Source: Candidatus Hydrogenedentota bacterium
Lineage (GTDB): Bacteria > Hydrogenedentota > Hydrogenedentia > Hydrogenedentales > SLHB01
Direction of reading: 5' to 3'
DNA: 64,000 nt
NCBI GenBank assembly: GCA_045863335.1
Contig: BTVY01000023.1
Span: forward strand, 42,210 to 106,209
Both the position numbers and the translations under genes were made by a program. The notes below the pieces were generated by a model, which was given only the letters and a program-made list of their open reading frames with translations, searched no databases and was not told the DNA's origin. Position 1 is the stretch's first letter; the number at the start of each line of letters is the position of its first letter. Shown here one piece after another: positions 8,741 to 18,869 of the stretch.

Positions 8741-10549
8741 ATGGCTGAATCCATCGTACTCGGACTCGCGGGTATCGTCGTACTCGGCATTGCCGCGGAG
8801 TGGCTGGCCTGGCGCATTCGCCTGCCAACGATCTTCGTCCTGCTCATATTCGGCGTCTTCGCCGGGCCGATCACGGGCCTTTTCGACCCGGATCGCATGT
8901 TCGGCGACTTGCTGATGCCGCTGGTCTCCCTGTGCGTCGCCGTAATTCTTTTTGAAGGCGGCTTGACCCTTCAGCTTCGGGAGCTGCGCGCCGTCGGCCG
9001 AGTCGTCTGGCTCTTGATTACGGTAGGCGTACTGATTACATGGGTACTCGCGGCGGCGGCGGCGAGTCTCTTCCTTGGGTTCGAAGCCCGGCTCGCTGCC
9101 TTGCTCGGGGCCATCCTCGTAGTGACGGGTCCGACTGTCATCATACCCCTGCTCGCGCACGTTCGGCCACGCGGGAAGGTCGCGTCCATCCTCAAGTGGG
9201 AAGGCATTACCATCGATCCCGTGGGCGCCAGCTTTGCCGTGCTTCTATTTGAAGCACTGTATCTCCATGCGGACGAAACAGCGACCTTGGTTGTAGCGTT
9301 GGGCGTGATTCGCACCATCGCCATTGGGTGTCTGCTTGGCGGCGCGGGGGTCGTCTTTCTCGTCGTCGTGTTGCGGAAGCATTGGGTTCCCGATCATCTG
9401 CATAGCCCCGTGGCGCTTGCCGTCGTCCTCGGGACCTTCGCGTTGTCCAACACGCTACAGCACGAATCGGGACTGTTGACCGTGACCTTGCTCGGGGCGA
9501 TTCTCGCCAATCAACGTTACGTGAATATCCGGCACGTGGTGGAGTTCAAAGAGAATCTCCGCGTTCTTTTGTTGTCTAGTTTATTCATCCTACTCGCGGC
9601 ACGCCTGGATTTGGACCGTCTCCTGCGGCTTGGTCCAGGTACCGCCTTGTTTCTCGGCGCGCTAATACTCCTCGTACGACCCGCAACCGTGCTCACCTGC
9701 ACCATCCGTTCCGGCTTGAACTGGCGGGAACGGGCCTTTCTCGCCTATCTCGCGCCACGCGGGGTCGTGGCAGCAGCAGTGGCTTCCGTCTTTGCCCTCC
9801 GGCTATCGGAGAACGGCATCGCGCAAGCGGAGGAGATGGTGCCGGTCACATTTTTTGTGATTGCGGGGTTAGTCGGCTTGTACGCGCTGACCGCACGCCC
9901 GGTCACGCGGCTGCTGGGGCTTGCGCTACCGGAGCCGAACGGTGTGGTGATTGTAGGCGCGCACCGCCTGGGCCGCGCCATTGGTAAGGCTTTAAAAACC
10001 GAGGGCATTCCCGTGCTTGTTATCGATCGAAACTGGGGCAACATTTCCGCGGCACGCATGGAAGGATTGGCGACCTACCATGGCGACGTGCTGTCGGAAC
10101 ACGCCCTGCACGAAACAGACCTCTCCGAGATGGGCAAACTCGTCGCCCTGACGGCTAACGACGAAGTCAATTCGCTGGCTGCGCTACACTTCAGCGAACG
10201 TTTCGGTACCACCGCGGTCTACCAGTTAGCCGTAGCTGGCTCCACCTCGGATAGAAGCGAAACGAAAGAACCGGCGTCCCATCTGCGCGGACAGATTCTT
10301 TTCAGCAAAGACTTTGGCTATGATGCGCTCGCGCGGCGGGTTGTCGAGGGCGCGGCCATGAAGGCCACCAAGATCAGTGACAAGTTCACCTTCGACTCCT
10401 TTCGGGATGAGCACGGCGAATCCGCGACGCCCATGTTTATCGTCACTGAGCGGGGAGGACTGCGCATGATCACTGCCGGTATGGAGGTGAATCCGCAGCC
10501 CGGGGACAAGATCATCGCGTTGGTCGATCGCGAACCGGAGGTTGCGTGA
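8741..10549 (+). CDS. CPA1-family Na+(K+)/H+ antiporter with C-terminal TrkA-N/NAD-binding domain
   Basis: ILFEGGL, VTGPTVI.P, LKWEGITIDPVGA, ESGLL, FKENL and APRGVVAA motifs; C-terminal Rossmann VVIVGA. Confidence 0.9.
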   Translation: MAESIVLGLAGIVVLGIAAEWLAWRIRLPTIFVLLIFGVFAGPITGLFDPDRMFGDLLMPLVSLCVAVILFEGGLTLQLRELRAVGRVVWLLITVGVLITWVLAAAAASLFLGFEARLAALLGAILVVTGPTVIIPLLAHVRPRGKVASILKWEGITIDPVGASFAVLLFEALYLHADETATLVVALGVIRTIAIGCLLGGAGVVFLVVVLRKHWVPDHLHSPVALAVVLGTFALSNTLQHESGLLTVTLLGAILANQRYVNIRHVVEFKENLRVLLLSSLFILLAARLDLDRLLRLGPGTALFLGALILLVRPATVLTCTIRSGLNWRERAFLAYLAPRGVVAAAVASVFALRLSENGIAQAEEMVPVTFFVIAGLVGLYALTARPVTRLLGLALPEPNGVVIVGAHRLGRAIGKALKTEGIPVLVIDRNWGNISAARMEGLATYHGDVLSEHALHETDLSEMGKLVALTANDEVNSLAALHFSERFGTTAVYQLAVAGSTSDRSETKEPASHLRGQILFSKDFGYDALARRVVEGAAMKATKISDKFTFDSFRDEHGESATPMFIVTERGGLRMITAGMEVNPQPGDKIIALVDREPEVA

Positions 10550-11697
10550 ATCCTACCGTGACGATCTCGTCTGTGGCCCATGGCGGCTATGGCATCGCCC
10601 GCATCGACGGGCAGGTCTGTTTCATCCCCTACGCATTGCCCGGCGATGAAGTGGTGGTGCAGGTTGAACGACGGTCGAAGGGTGTTCTGTGGGGCGCCAT
10701 CGATCGCATCGTCGCGCCGTCGCCGGATCGGATCGATCCGGGCTGCGGCGTCTACGGGCGCTGCGGCGCATGCACGTGGTTGCATTTCGCCTATCCGGCC
10801 CAGGCGGAATGGAAACGGCGGATCGTGCGCGACTGCTTCGAGCGTATCGCCAAACTTCAGGTAGAGGTTACTTGGGCCGACGACCCAGACCGGCGCCTGC
10901 ACTACCGCACGCGCGCCGAGTTTCACGGCGATGGAAATGGTTTTGGCTTCTACGCAGGCGGCACGCACGACGTCGTCGATGTGGTCACTTGCCCGCTGTG
11001 TCATCCACGGCTGAATACGGTGTTGTCCAGGTTGCGCGAACTGGGACTGCGTGGATCGGTCGAAGTGTCCGTGAACCCGGAGAGCGACGACGTTCTTGTA
11101 TGGTCGACAAAGCAGAGCGCGCCGCTAGCCTCGGCGTATCCGAACGCACAGTGGATCGGTTCGGATGGTCCGCGCGCGCAGTTTCGGTTCGACGGCGTAC
11201 CCGTGGTGAATGGCGCGTTTTCGCAGTCCAGCCTGTTATTGAATCGTGTGCTGCTGCGCGTCGTCCAGGAGGCGGTGGGCGATTCGGAACGAATTCTCGA
11301 TCTCTATTGCGGTAGCGGCAACCTCTCGCTCGCCTTCGCGCGGGATCGGTCGGTGGTCGGCATCGATCATAATCGCGCATCTATTGAAGCTGCTCAAGCC
11401 GCCGGACAAGGCGAGTACCGCACCGGAGACGAAACCGCTTTCGGTGCCGCGCTCGGCGAGGGGCAGTGGGACGCCATCCTGCTCGATCCGCCCCGTACCG
11501 GCGCGAAGCCTGTTGCCGGAGTGCTCGCTGAGTGTCGCGCGAAGCGGGTCGTCTACGTGTCCTGCGATCCGGCCACGTTGGCGCGTGACGCCAAGGTCCT
11601 GGCCGCGGGCGGCTGGAAGCCGAACCGGGTCACCGCGGTTGACCTCTTTCCCAACACCTGCCACATCGAAGCCGTGTGCGAATTCCTGCGCGCTTGA
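10546..11697 (+). CDS. TRAM-domain RNA m5U methyltransferase (RlmD/TrmA family)
   Basis: TRAM AHGGYG..ALPGD; C..YGRCGAC Fe-S motif; DLYCGSG, LDPPRTG, YVSCDPATLARD and DLFPNTCHIE. Confidence 0.9.
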   Translation: MNPTVTISSVAHGGYGIARIDGQVCFIPYALPGDEVVVQVERRSKGVLWGAIDRIVAPSPDRIDPGCGVYGRCGACTWLHFAYPAQAEWKRRIVRDCFERIAKLQVEVTWADDPDRRLHYRTRAEFHGDGNGFGFYAGGTHDVVDVVTCPLCHPRLNTVLSRLRELGLRGSVEVSVNPESDDVLVWSTKQSAPLASAYPNAQWIGSDGPRAQFRFDGVPVVNGAFSQSSLLLNRVLLRVVQEAVGDSERILDLYCGSGNLSLAFARDRSVVGIDHNRASIEAAQAAGQGEYRTGDETAFGAALGEGQWDAILLDPPRTGAKPVAGVLAECRAKRVVYVSCDPATLARDAKVLAAGGWKPNRVTAVDLFPNTCHIEAVCEFLRA

Positions 11698-11774
11698 CGC
11701 GTTGCGTTTCGCACGCCTGCCGGGCCTGGTGTATAATCCGCCATCGGTGTGTCCCCACGTATTGGAGAAGATTT

Positions 11775-13580
11775 ATGACAACGCGTCTCTATTCCTTCGT
11801 TCCGGCGCTTCTTATACTGGCGTGTTTCCCGGCGTTCGCGGAAGAAGAGCCCGCCCCCGACCTGGCGGACCTTCCGTGGTCGTTGCGGGACCACTACACC
11901 ATCACCACCGCCGACCAGCAGATGTACATCACTTACGGCGGCGACAACGGGGAGTGGAGTCTCGATATCAAGGGGATCGGTACGGTACTCACCAAGGTGG
12001 CGGCAACGATTACCCTGGCGGACGGCTCGGTTATCGATCTGCGCGACCTTGGTGTGGGCGATACTACCCGCTACAAGGAAACGGCGGAACTGGGACCCGG
12101 CATGAAGTACACGGTCAAAATGTCCGCTCCGAACGGACTGGGCATCGTGCATTCCTTGACCTACCACGAGACCCATCCGTTCTACGTGGTACGCATGGAA
12201 CTGACCAACAACGGCTCCGAACCTCTCGAAGTCGCCAGGATTAGCCCGGTCGTGATTGGCCCGGGCGGTTTCGGTAACCTGAGCCTGGAGACGACCGAGA
12301 GTCCGCGCCGCTTCGATGTCATCGGCGCCTCGCCCGTGTACACGAAAGTGGGCGACCCCCTCTTTTCGCTTTTCCACGATCCCGTCAAGAACGTCACCTT
12401 GGCCGTGGGCGGTCTTCCCGTAGGCCGCGCGAAGACGGGCGTCCACCTGGAAAAGTTCGAAGGCCGGTACCAGGGGCACATCACGACCACCTTCGACCCG
12501 GCGGTGACGCTGGCGCCCGGCGCTTCGCTCGCATCGGACCCCGTGTGGATCGCCTTTACCCTGCCCAAGCCCGCCGACGTGGACATGTTCTACGCCTGGG
12601 CTCATGCGAACATGCCCGACGCCAAGTCGGAGGGCGTGCCGGAATGCTGGGTCACCGTGCCGGACGGCGAGTCCTTGCCGGAACTGATCCAGGCTGTGAA
12701 CTTCTGGAAAGGCGCCGACGTTGCCCACGCGCTCGTTCCCGTCACCTGGGAAGGCCGGCCGGGATCGCTGGAAGGCGCTCAGCCTGATTATCCGAAAGAC
12801 ATGGCCAATGCCGCCGCGCAACTCCGTCAGGCGGGAGCCACACCGGGCATCACGCTTGACCCGTTGGCGGTAGTGGACGGGAAAGACGAGTTCACGGCGG
12901 TGTCTGCCGACGGTCAACGCTGGCTCAATCCGGCCAACGAACAAGGCAAACAGTTCGGCGTCGAGCGGCTCCGTGCCGTCGCGCGCTGGGGCTTCGGATT
13001 CTACGTTGTCGAGCCTTCCCTGATACCGGATGAAGTTCTGAAACATTTCAATCTCACACGTACCCAGGCCAACGACCTCGCCTACGACATGATGGTCGAA
13101 GTCGCGGCCGGCGCCCCCGTGCTCGGGGCTTCGGAGGCCACCTTGGGCGCATCGATCGACGAGTGGCTCCTCGCCGCCGCGGCCACCAGCCGCATGGAGG
13201 AGTACTCCGTCGTCGTCGGGCCGGTGCGGTTTGATGCGAACGCTGCCGGAGACCTGCCGGACGATGCCGTTACCGCCATGGCGTTTTTTGGCGGGCCCAT
13301 CGAGTTGGTGGGAAATCCGTCGTCGGGGCTTCTAAAGCAAATCGGCAAGGTGTTTCCCAAACCGTACATCTGGCCGCGCGCCATCGATTCCGGTTCTCCC
13401 GCGCCGAAGCTGTGGCAGGTTCACGTACAGCAAAGCCAGGGAGCAGGCGAACGCCTGGCGATCGTGTCGTTCCCCGGCGCGCGGGCCCATACGCCCGCGG
13501 ATTTGGTTTCGCCTTCGGGTGAAGGACTTCAGACCATGGAATCCAGTGCGGCCGAGTTCCTGGATGCCCTCGGCCGTTAG
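11775..13580 (+). CDS. Secreted protein, GH36/GH27-like architecture, possibly catalytically degenerate
   Basis: Signal peptide; beta-rich N-domain; YPKDM...A.QLRQAG..PGI...P and WLNP...WGFGFYVVE echo GH36 TIM-barrel motifs. Confidence 0.45.
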   Translation: MTTRLYSFVPALLILACFPAFAEEEPAPDLADLPWSLRDHYTITTADQQMYITYGGDNGEWSLDIKGIGTVLTKVAATITLADGSVIDLRDLGVGDTTRYKETAELGPGMKYTVKMSAPNGLGIVHSLTYHETHPFYVVRMELTNNGSEPLEVARISPVVIGPGGFGNLSLETTESPRRFDVIGASPVYTKVGDPLFSLFHDPVKNVTLAVGGLPVGRAKTGVHLEKFEGRYQGHITTTFDPAVTLAPGASLASDPVWIAFTLPKPADVDMFYAWAHANMPDAKSEGVPECWVTVPDGESLPELIQAVNFWKGADVAHALVPVTWEGRPGSLEGAQPDYPKDMANAAAQLRQAGATPGITLDPLAVVDGKDEFTAVSADGQRWLNPANEQGKQFGVERLRAVARWGFGFYVVEPSLIPDEVLKHFNLTRTQANDLAYDMMVEVAAGAPVLGASEATLGASIDEWLLAAAATSRMEEYSVVVGPVRFDANAAGDLPDDAVTAMAFFGGPIELVGNPSSGLLKQIGKVFPKPYIWPRAIDSGSPAPKLWQVHVQQSQGAGERLAIVSFPGARAHTPADLVSPSGEGLQTMESSAAEFLDALGR

Positions 13581-13621
13581 GATAGCCGTTTACGTGAACG
13601 AACGCCGCTGAAAGGATAGTT

Positions 13622-15295
13622 GTGCCGTACCGAACCATCTCGCGACGTGTCGGCGACGCCGTGCGACTTGCGGAAGTCGCGCAGGTGCTGGTCCGTCACG
13701 GCTTCGCGGACCTGGTACGGCGCGTCGGATTGTACGAGGGGGCGCCGGCCAAACTGCTGCGCAGCCTGCATCTCATCGAGCAGGCTCCTGACGTGCCGGA
13801 GACGATGGGCGCGCGCTTGCGGGCCGCTCTCACGGAATTAGGGCCGACGTTCGTTAAGTTCGGTCAAATCCTGAGCACCCGGCCAGACGTGCTCGGGCCG
13901 GAAGTCTGCGCCGAGTTGAGCGACCTCCAGGACCGAGTGGCAGCCCTTCCCTTTGAAACGATGCGGCCGGTCATTGAAGCCGAACTCAAGGGAAGGCTCG
14001 AGGATCACTTCAGCACGTTCAACGAAACACCCGTCGCCTCCGCCTCGCTGAGCCAGGTCTACCGTGCGCGCACCCAGTTGGGCCGGGAAGTTGCGGTCAA
14101 AGTGCAGCGTCCGGGAATCCGGAAAACGATTCAGTCGGACCTGAGCCTCATGCGCGGTTTGGCGGAATGGATCTCCGAGCACGTCAAGGAATTGCAGTGG
14201 ATCGATCCCGTCGGGACCGTGGAAGAGTTCAACCGCACCGTCATGCGGGAACTCGATTTCACGATCGAAGCCCACATCATTCAGCGCTTCCGCAAGAACT
14301 ACTCCGGCGAGACGGCGGTCTTCGTGCCGCGCGTGGAGACCGACATTTCCGGTCCGCGGATGCTCGTCATGGACTGGATTGACGGTGCGCGGGTGGATGC
14401 TCTGGACCAGTACGAATCCCGCAATTGCATCCCGCGGACCGTTGCGGCCAACGGCGCAAACACGCTATGCCGGCAGGTCTTCGAATTCAACCTGTTCCAC
14501 GCCGACCCCCATCCCGGCAACATTCTCGTGACGCGAAACGACCAGATCGCGTTTCTGGATTACGGCATGGTAGGGCACTTGCAACCCCACGATGTCGATG
14601 CCATCGCCGATTTGTTGCGGGCGGTCTTCGAAGAGGATTCGCCGCGCTGCGTGGACGCGTTGCTCAGGTTCACGGTCGCCGGGGAGACCGAGCACCGCGC
14701 GGAACTGGAACACGACGTTGCCGAGTACATCGCCTTCGAAGCCCGCTCAGTCATGGGCAACGCGGACGTCGGCAAGGCGCTCGACCAAATCACAAACATT
14801 CTGCGGCGGCACCGGCTGCAGCTTGCCCCGCGCTTTTCCCTGTTGCTGAAAGCCATGGCGACCATCGAGTCTACCGCAAAGACCCTCGACAAAACGCTGG
14901 ACATGGGACCCGTCATTCGCCCCTATGTGGAGAACATCATCAAGCAGCGCTTTGCCCCGGTGCGGCTCGCCAAGGAAAGCCAACAGACCCTCGCCTCGGC
15001 CATCCGCATCGGCAAAGAGATTCCCGGCGAAGTGCAAAGCCTGGTGCGCACGTTCCGCAAGGGCAAGTTCCGGATTCAACTCGATCACGAAGGGCTCGAC
15101 CACCTGGCCAACGTCACCGACCGGGCCAGCAACCGGATCGCCTTCAGCCTGATCGCCGGGGCCCTGATTGTCGGTTCCAGTCTGCTCATCTCGTCCGACA
15201 TCGGAGCGCGATCGCTCGGCTACGCCGGATTCACCTTCGCCGGAGTCCTCGGAATCATGCTGCTAATCTCGATTCTGCGCTCGAAGAACTATTAG
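13622..15295 (+). CDS. ABC1/UbiB (AarF) family kinase
   Basis: LGPTFVKFGQILSTRPD, ASASLSQVY, VAVKVQRP, FHADPHPGN, LDYGMVG; two C-terminal TM helices. Confidence 0.95.
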   Translation: MPYRTISRRVGDAVRLAEVAQVLVRHGFADLVRRVGLYEGAPAKLLRSLHLIEQAPDVPETMGARLRAALTELGPTFVKFGQILSTRPDVLGPEVCAELSDLQDRVAALPFETMRPVIEAELKGRLEDHFSTFNETPVASASLSQVYRARTQLGREVAVKVQRPGIRKTIQSDLSLMRGLAEWISEHVKELQWIDPVGTVEEFNRTVMRELDFTIEAHIIQRFRKNYSGETAVFVPRVETDISGPRMLVMDWIDGARVDALDQYESRNCIPRTVAANGANTLCRQVFEFNLFHADPHPGNILVTRNDQIAFLDYGMVGHLQPHDVDAIADLLRAVFEEDSPRCVDALLRFTVAGETEHRAELEHDVAEYIAFEARSVMGNADVGKALDQITNILRRHRLQLAPRFSLLLKAMATIESTAKTLDKTLDMGPVIRPYVENIIKQRFAPVRLAKESQQTLASAIRIGKEIPGEVQSLVRTFRKGKFRIQLDHEGLDHLANVTDRASNRIAFSLIAGALIVGSSLLISSDIGARSLGYAGFTFAGVLGIMLLISILRSKNY

Positions 15296-15396
15296 CATTA
15301 GCGGCTTCGGTGAGTTCCCTTTTCAGGTCGGACGAGACAGGCCCTCCAACGGACGGCAAACATGTGAGCCAGAGATTCTGAATGGATGTCCGTGTT

Positions 15397-15432
15397 AAGT
15401 CCCCCTTCGAAGGGGGATTTAGGGGGATGTTT
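15397..15432. repeat. REP-like palindrome TCCCCCTTCGAAGGGGGA-TTTAGGGGGATGT (solo copy)
   Basis: Same family as the copies at 39637-39672 and 39874-39910. Confidence 0.8.
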
Positions 15433-15475
15433 CCCGAAGAACCGGGATCAGCTATCGGTTGTTGCAGGAACAAAC

Positions 15476-16345
15476 ATGCTCGAGATCAAGTCCCACGCCA
15501 AGATCAACCTCTACCTCGACGTGCTCAACAAACGGCGCGACGGGTTCACCAATATTGAAACCATCTTCCAGACCGTAAGCCTGGCGGATACGCTCCTGCT
15601 CGAACCACGGCCGGAAGAAGTCACCATGGAGTGCACCATGCCCGGCGTGCCGACGGACGAGTCGAACCTCGTCATCCGCGCCGCGCGATTGCTACAGCAG
15701 GAAACCGGTTGCCGCGCTGGCGCACACATGCGGCTGGAGAAACGCATCCCCATGGCCGCGGGACTCGCAGGAGGTTCGGGGAACGGTGCCGCGGCCCTGG
15801 CCGGACTGAACGATTTGTGGGGCCTTGGCCTATCGATGCCGCGCCTGGAACGCCTGGCTGCGCGGCTCGGATCGGACGTGCCCTATTGCCTCCATGGCGG
15901 CACTGTCGCCGCGACCGGACGGGGCGAGCGCATGAAGCAACTGGGCCCGATTCAGGAAACGTGGTTCGTCCTGCTGCACCCCGACCTGCACGTGAGCACG
16001 CGCGACGTGTACACCAGTCCGGACTTGGCACGCAGCGCCGAACGGCCATTCGCCGGATCGACGCCCGCCTTTCGTCGCGCCATCGAAGCGGTAACCGAAG
16101 GGCGCCTCGCCGATGCACTATTCAACCGCATGGAAACGGCCGCTTTCCCCATGCACCCCGAGTTGGCGGATTGGAAGCAACAACTGCTCGACTGCGGCTG
16201 CAACGCCGCCATCATGAGCGGCAGCGGCCCCACCGTCTTCGGACTCTGCGCGTCGCAGCAGCACGCGGAGTCTGTCGCCGGACAAATGAGCGGGATTCGC
16301 GTGTCGGTCGTCCATAGCGTGGACCGGGCGCTTGAGTTGATCTAA
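15476..16345 (+). CDS. ispE: 4-diphosphocytidyl-2-C-methyl-D-erythritol kinase
   Basis: AKINLYL, KRIPMAAGLAGGS, LGSDVP and MSGSGPTVFG motifs. Confidence 0.97.
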   Translation: MLEIKSHAKINLYLDVLNKRRDGFTNIETIFQTVSLADTLLLEPRPEEVTMECTMPGVPTDESNLVIRAARLLQQETGCRAGAHMRLEKRIPMAAGLAGGSGNGAAALAGLNDLWGLGLSMPRLERLAARLGSDVPYCLHGGTVAATGRGERMKQLGPIQETWFVLLHPDLHVSTRDVYTSPDLARSAERPFAGSTPAFRRAIEAVTEGRLADALFNRMETAAFPMHPELADWKQQLLDCGCNAAIMSGSGPTVFGLCASQQHAESVAGQMSGIRVSVVHSVDRALELI

Positions 16346-16618
16346 ATTCGAAATCCGAATCTCGAAATCCGAAACAAATCCGAAGGACCAAAACCCTAAA
16401 CGTGACCGTTCCGGTCGGCTGGCGGGAGACGGTCACCGTGGCAGTGCGCGAGTCGAAGGCTGAAGCGGAGTTCGCCGCTGGCACCAACGAAGGTTATGAA
16501 TACTGACCGAACCAGAAACTCCTGCGATAACCGATAAACGCTGTTGAGGCCCGTTTCGGTCATTCGAATTTATAACATTTGAATTTGTTTCGGATTTCGA
16601 GATTCGGATCTCGAATTT
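16344..16618. repeat. Inverted pair of 7-bp-periodic arms between convergent genes, enclosing ~155 bp of unique sequence
   Basis: Left aaattcgaaatccgaatctcgaaatccgaaacaaatc; right gaatttgtttcggatttcgagattcggatctcgaattt. Confidence 0.85.
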
Positions 16619-16624
16619 GTCTTC

Positions 16625-18634
16625 TCAGTTTCGCCCCACCGGATTACCGACCGCATTGGTGGGCTCGATCACTTCGACTTTATCGCCAAGTGATTCGACC
16701 AAGTCCGGAAGATCGTAAACCCGTAACGCCCCGTGTACGACGTTTTCGTATTGCCGCTTCGTCTCCGGCGTGCGCACGACGCTGGACCAGGACTGCAGCG
16801 AGCGAGTCAGCGTGACGCGGCTGAACAAGTCCGGCTCCAGCGCAGCGGCGTGAAGGGCCGGCGGTCCCGCGACGTCCTGCGCCAAGAGCACCACCTTACG
16901 CGCCGCGCCAGCGTTCTCGTAGGTCGCCGCGAAACGGGCGCAGACCAGCGCGTCTTCGGCGCGCATGCTCAAGATGGGCTTGTCGAGCAGGTACGCCAGC
17001 GATGTGGCCTTGTAGCCGGGGCCGAAAGCGTGGTCCCAACCTTCGCCGTGGGTCCAGTTGGACGTGGTTTCGCCAAGGCCGCGAAGGTCCGCAGCCACGA
17101 CGACGTACCCGCTGCGCGCGAGCTGAGCGAGCGAGTCGTGGTCGAGGTCCGCCTTGCCATTCGCGAGGACCAGCATGGCTTCCCCATTGACCGCTTCGGG
17201 GAGGTAGACGACTGCAGGAAGGTGTATTCCGAGTTCTGGCGTCAGCACCACATGCCGAACGGTGCAGCCGTACTCCTTCGCCTCGTGCGCCACAACGATC
17301 TCGGGCTCCGGAAGTTCCGCCAGAGGCCGAATCCCCGTCACGTCGCGCACCTGCGAGATGAGGTTATCTTTTGGAGCGGCCTTGCGCGACTCCGCGAGTT
17401 GCGCGTCCACCTCCGCGTTGATGTCGAATACCGATCGCGCACCGTCCAGCAACAGGACCTGCCCTTGCGGCGTGACCTGCACTTCGGCATCCGTCAAGAC
17501 GTCGACATCCCCTTCAACCACGGGCTCATCGACCCCTTTAAGCCAACGCAACATCCACCGAGCCATGGCCTGGCGCAGCAGGATGGTGAACCCGTGTTGC
17601 TCGTCCGCCTCGGCGAGGTTTACCCGCTCTTCGTACCCAAGCTTGGTGTAGGCGCGTTTTGCGACGCGGAAGCTGTCCCACACCCCGGCAATAGGAAAAA
17701 AATCCTGCGTGGCGCAACAGATGAGCGTGGGCCGCGGCGCGCGCATGAGCAGGAAGTCGCTGTGGTCCATCCCAAACGCGAGGGCGCCCGCGATGTTCTG
17801 TTCACCGTCATGCGGACCATCCTTGATAATAAGGTTCTTCAACGACGTGATGTAGCAGCTCGGCGCGGCGCAGACCACCCGTTCGTCGAGCGCCATGATA
17901 TAGCTGGTCAAGGTGCCGCCGCCGGAGTTGCCGGTGCATCCAATGCGTTCCGGGTCGATGTCGTCGCGACTGCAGAGGTAATCGATCCCGCGAATGCCGT
18001 CCCAGATGCGGTAGCCCGCCACGTTCAACCCAAGGGGTATGCTGCCCACGGTGACGATGGTGTGTTCGATGGTCGATCCGTACTTCTGCTTGCTGTTCTC
18101 GTCGAGCAACTGGCTGCGCTCGCCCTGACCGATGGGGTCATAGATCATCGCCGCGATGCCGTTGCGGGCAAGAAGTACGGCGGCCCGCTGGTAAGCTTCC
18201 GCAGCCTTACCGTTGGCGTCGTGTCCGCAGGGCACGAGCACGCCGGGATAAGGCCCTTCCGTCAGCGGCAAGTAGATGATGGCAGTCACATAGAGACCAG
18301 GCCGGCTCTCGTAGAGGATCTTCTCGTACCGGAATCCGTCGCGGGTTTCGCCCGGGAATACCTGCGCATTCAACGGAGTCTTCTCCGGCCAGCCGCCAAG
18401 TTGTTGAACGAAGAATTCGCGCATGCGCTGTCCCCGCGCGAGGATGCTCTCCGGCGTCGCGAGATCCTGCTCCAGCACCTCGGCGCGATTCTCAAAAGCG
18501 TCGACCATCTCGCCGCGCAGGTAGAGCGTCATCACTTCCGCGGGTGACGCACCGTTGGGCAGAGGCTGGAGGATCTGCGCTCCGGGGTCCGCACCCAACG
18601 TTGCTGTTAATACTGTTACCGCCGCCATCCACAT
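16625..18634 (-). CDS. Secreted double alpha/beta-hydrolase (acetyl xylan esterase/CE7-CE15-like)
   Basis: YESRPG, CGH, DPIGQGER, GCTGNSGGG nucleophile elbow, APRP, HGF; second domain DLRGLGET. Confidence 0.85.
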   Translation of the reverse strand: MWMAAVTVLTATLGADPGAQILQPLPNGASPAEVMTLYLRGEMVDAFENRAEVLEQDLATPESILARGQRMREFFVQQLGGWPEKTPLNAQVFPGETRDGFRYEKILYESRPGLYVTAIIYLPLTEGPYPGVLVPCGHDANGKAAEAYQRAAVLLARNGIAAMIYDPIGQGERSQLLDENSKQKYGSTIEHTIVTVGSIPLGLNVAGYRIWDGIRGIDYLCSRDDIDPERIGCTGNSGGGTLTSYIMALDERVVCAAPSCYITSLKNLIIKDGPHDGEQNIAGALAFGMDHSDFLLMRAPRPTLICCATQDFFPIAGVWDSFRVAKRAYTKLGYEERVNLAEADEQHGFTILLRQAMARWMLRWLKGVDEPVVEGDVDVLTDAEVQVTPQGQVLLLDGARSVFDINAEVDAQLAESRKAAPKDNLISQVRDVTGIRPLAELPEPEIVVAHEAKEYGCTVRHVVLTPELGIHLPAVVYLPEAVNGEAMLVLANGKADLDHDSLAQLARSGYVVVAADLRGLGETTSNWTHGEGWDHAFGPGYKATSLAYLLDKPILSMRAEDALVCARFAATYENAGAARKVVLLAQDVAGPPALHAAALEPDLFSRVTLTRSLQSWSSVVRTPETKRQYENVVHGALRVYDLPDLVESLGDKVEVIEPTNAVGNPVGRN

Positions 18635-18711
18635 GGTCTTTCCTCCAACGTTTGCCGCGCCAATCTCAGAATTGTAGGGAGCGCGAGGACGGGCGGTCAA
18701 TGGCGAGAAGG

Positions 18712-18769
18712 AAATACGTAATCCGAATTTCGGAATCCGAAACAAATTCGAAGGACCAAAACACGAAAC
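18712..18769. repeat. Solo arm of the 7-bp-periodic repeat in a divergent intergenic region
   Basis: aaatacgtaatccgaatttcggaatccgaaacaaattcgaaggaccaaaac closely matches the left arm at 16344-16395. Confidence 0.75.
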
Positions 18770-18869
18770 TGGGGGGCCGAATCGTTGGAAGCGTGCTCGT
18801 TGCACATCCGATCGGTACAATGGTGCGGACCTTTTGAAACGAGTACCACGACTTGCGGGGGTTCCATCC

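Noticed and set aside
13622-15295. UbiB kinase as part of a defence system
   Set aside because: Ordinary ABC1-family gene with host-like GC in a housekeeping context
7852-18769. Recurrent CGAAATCCGAA repeats as a CRISPR array
   Set aside because: Copies are dispersed, internally periodic and inverted, not direct repeats with regular unique spacers; no cas genes seen
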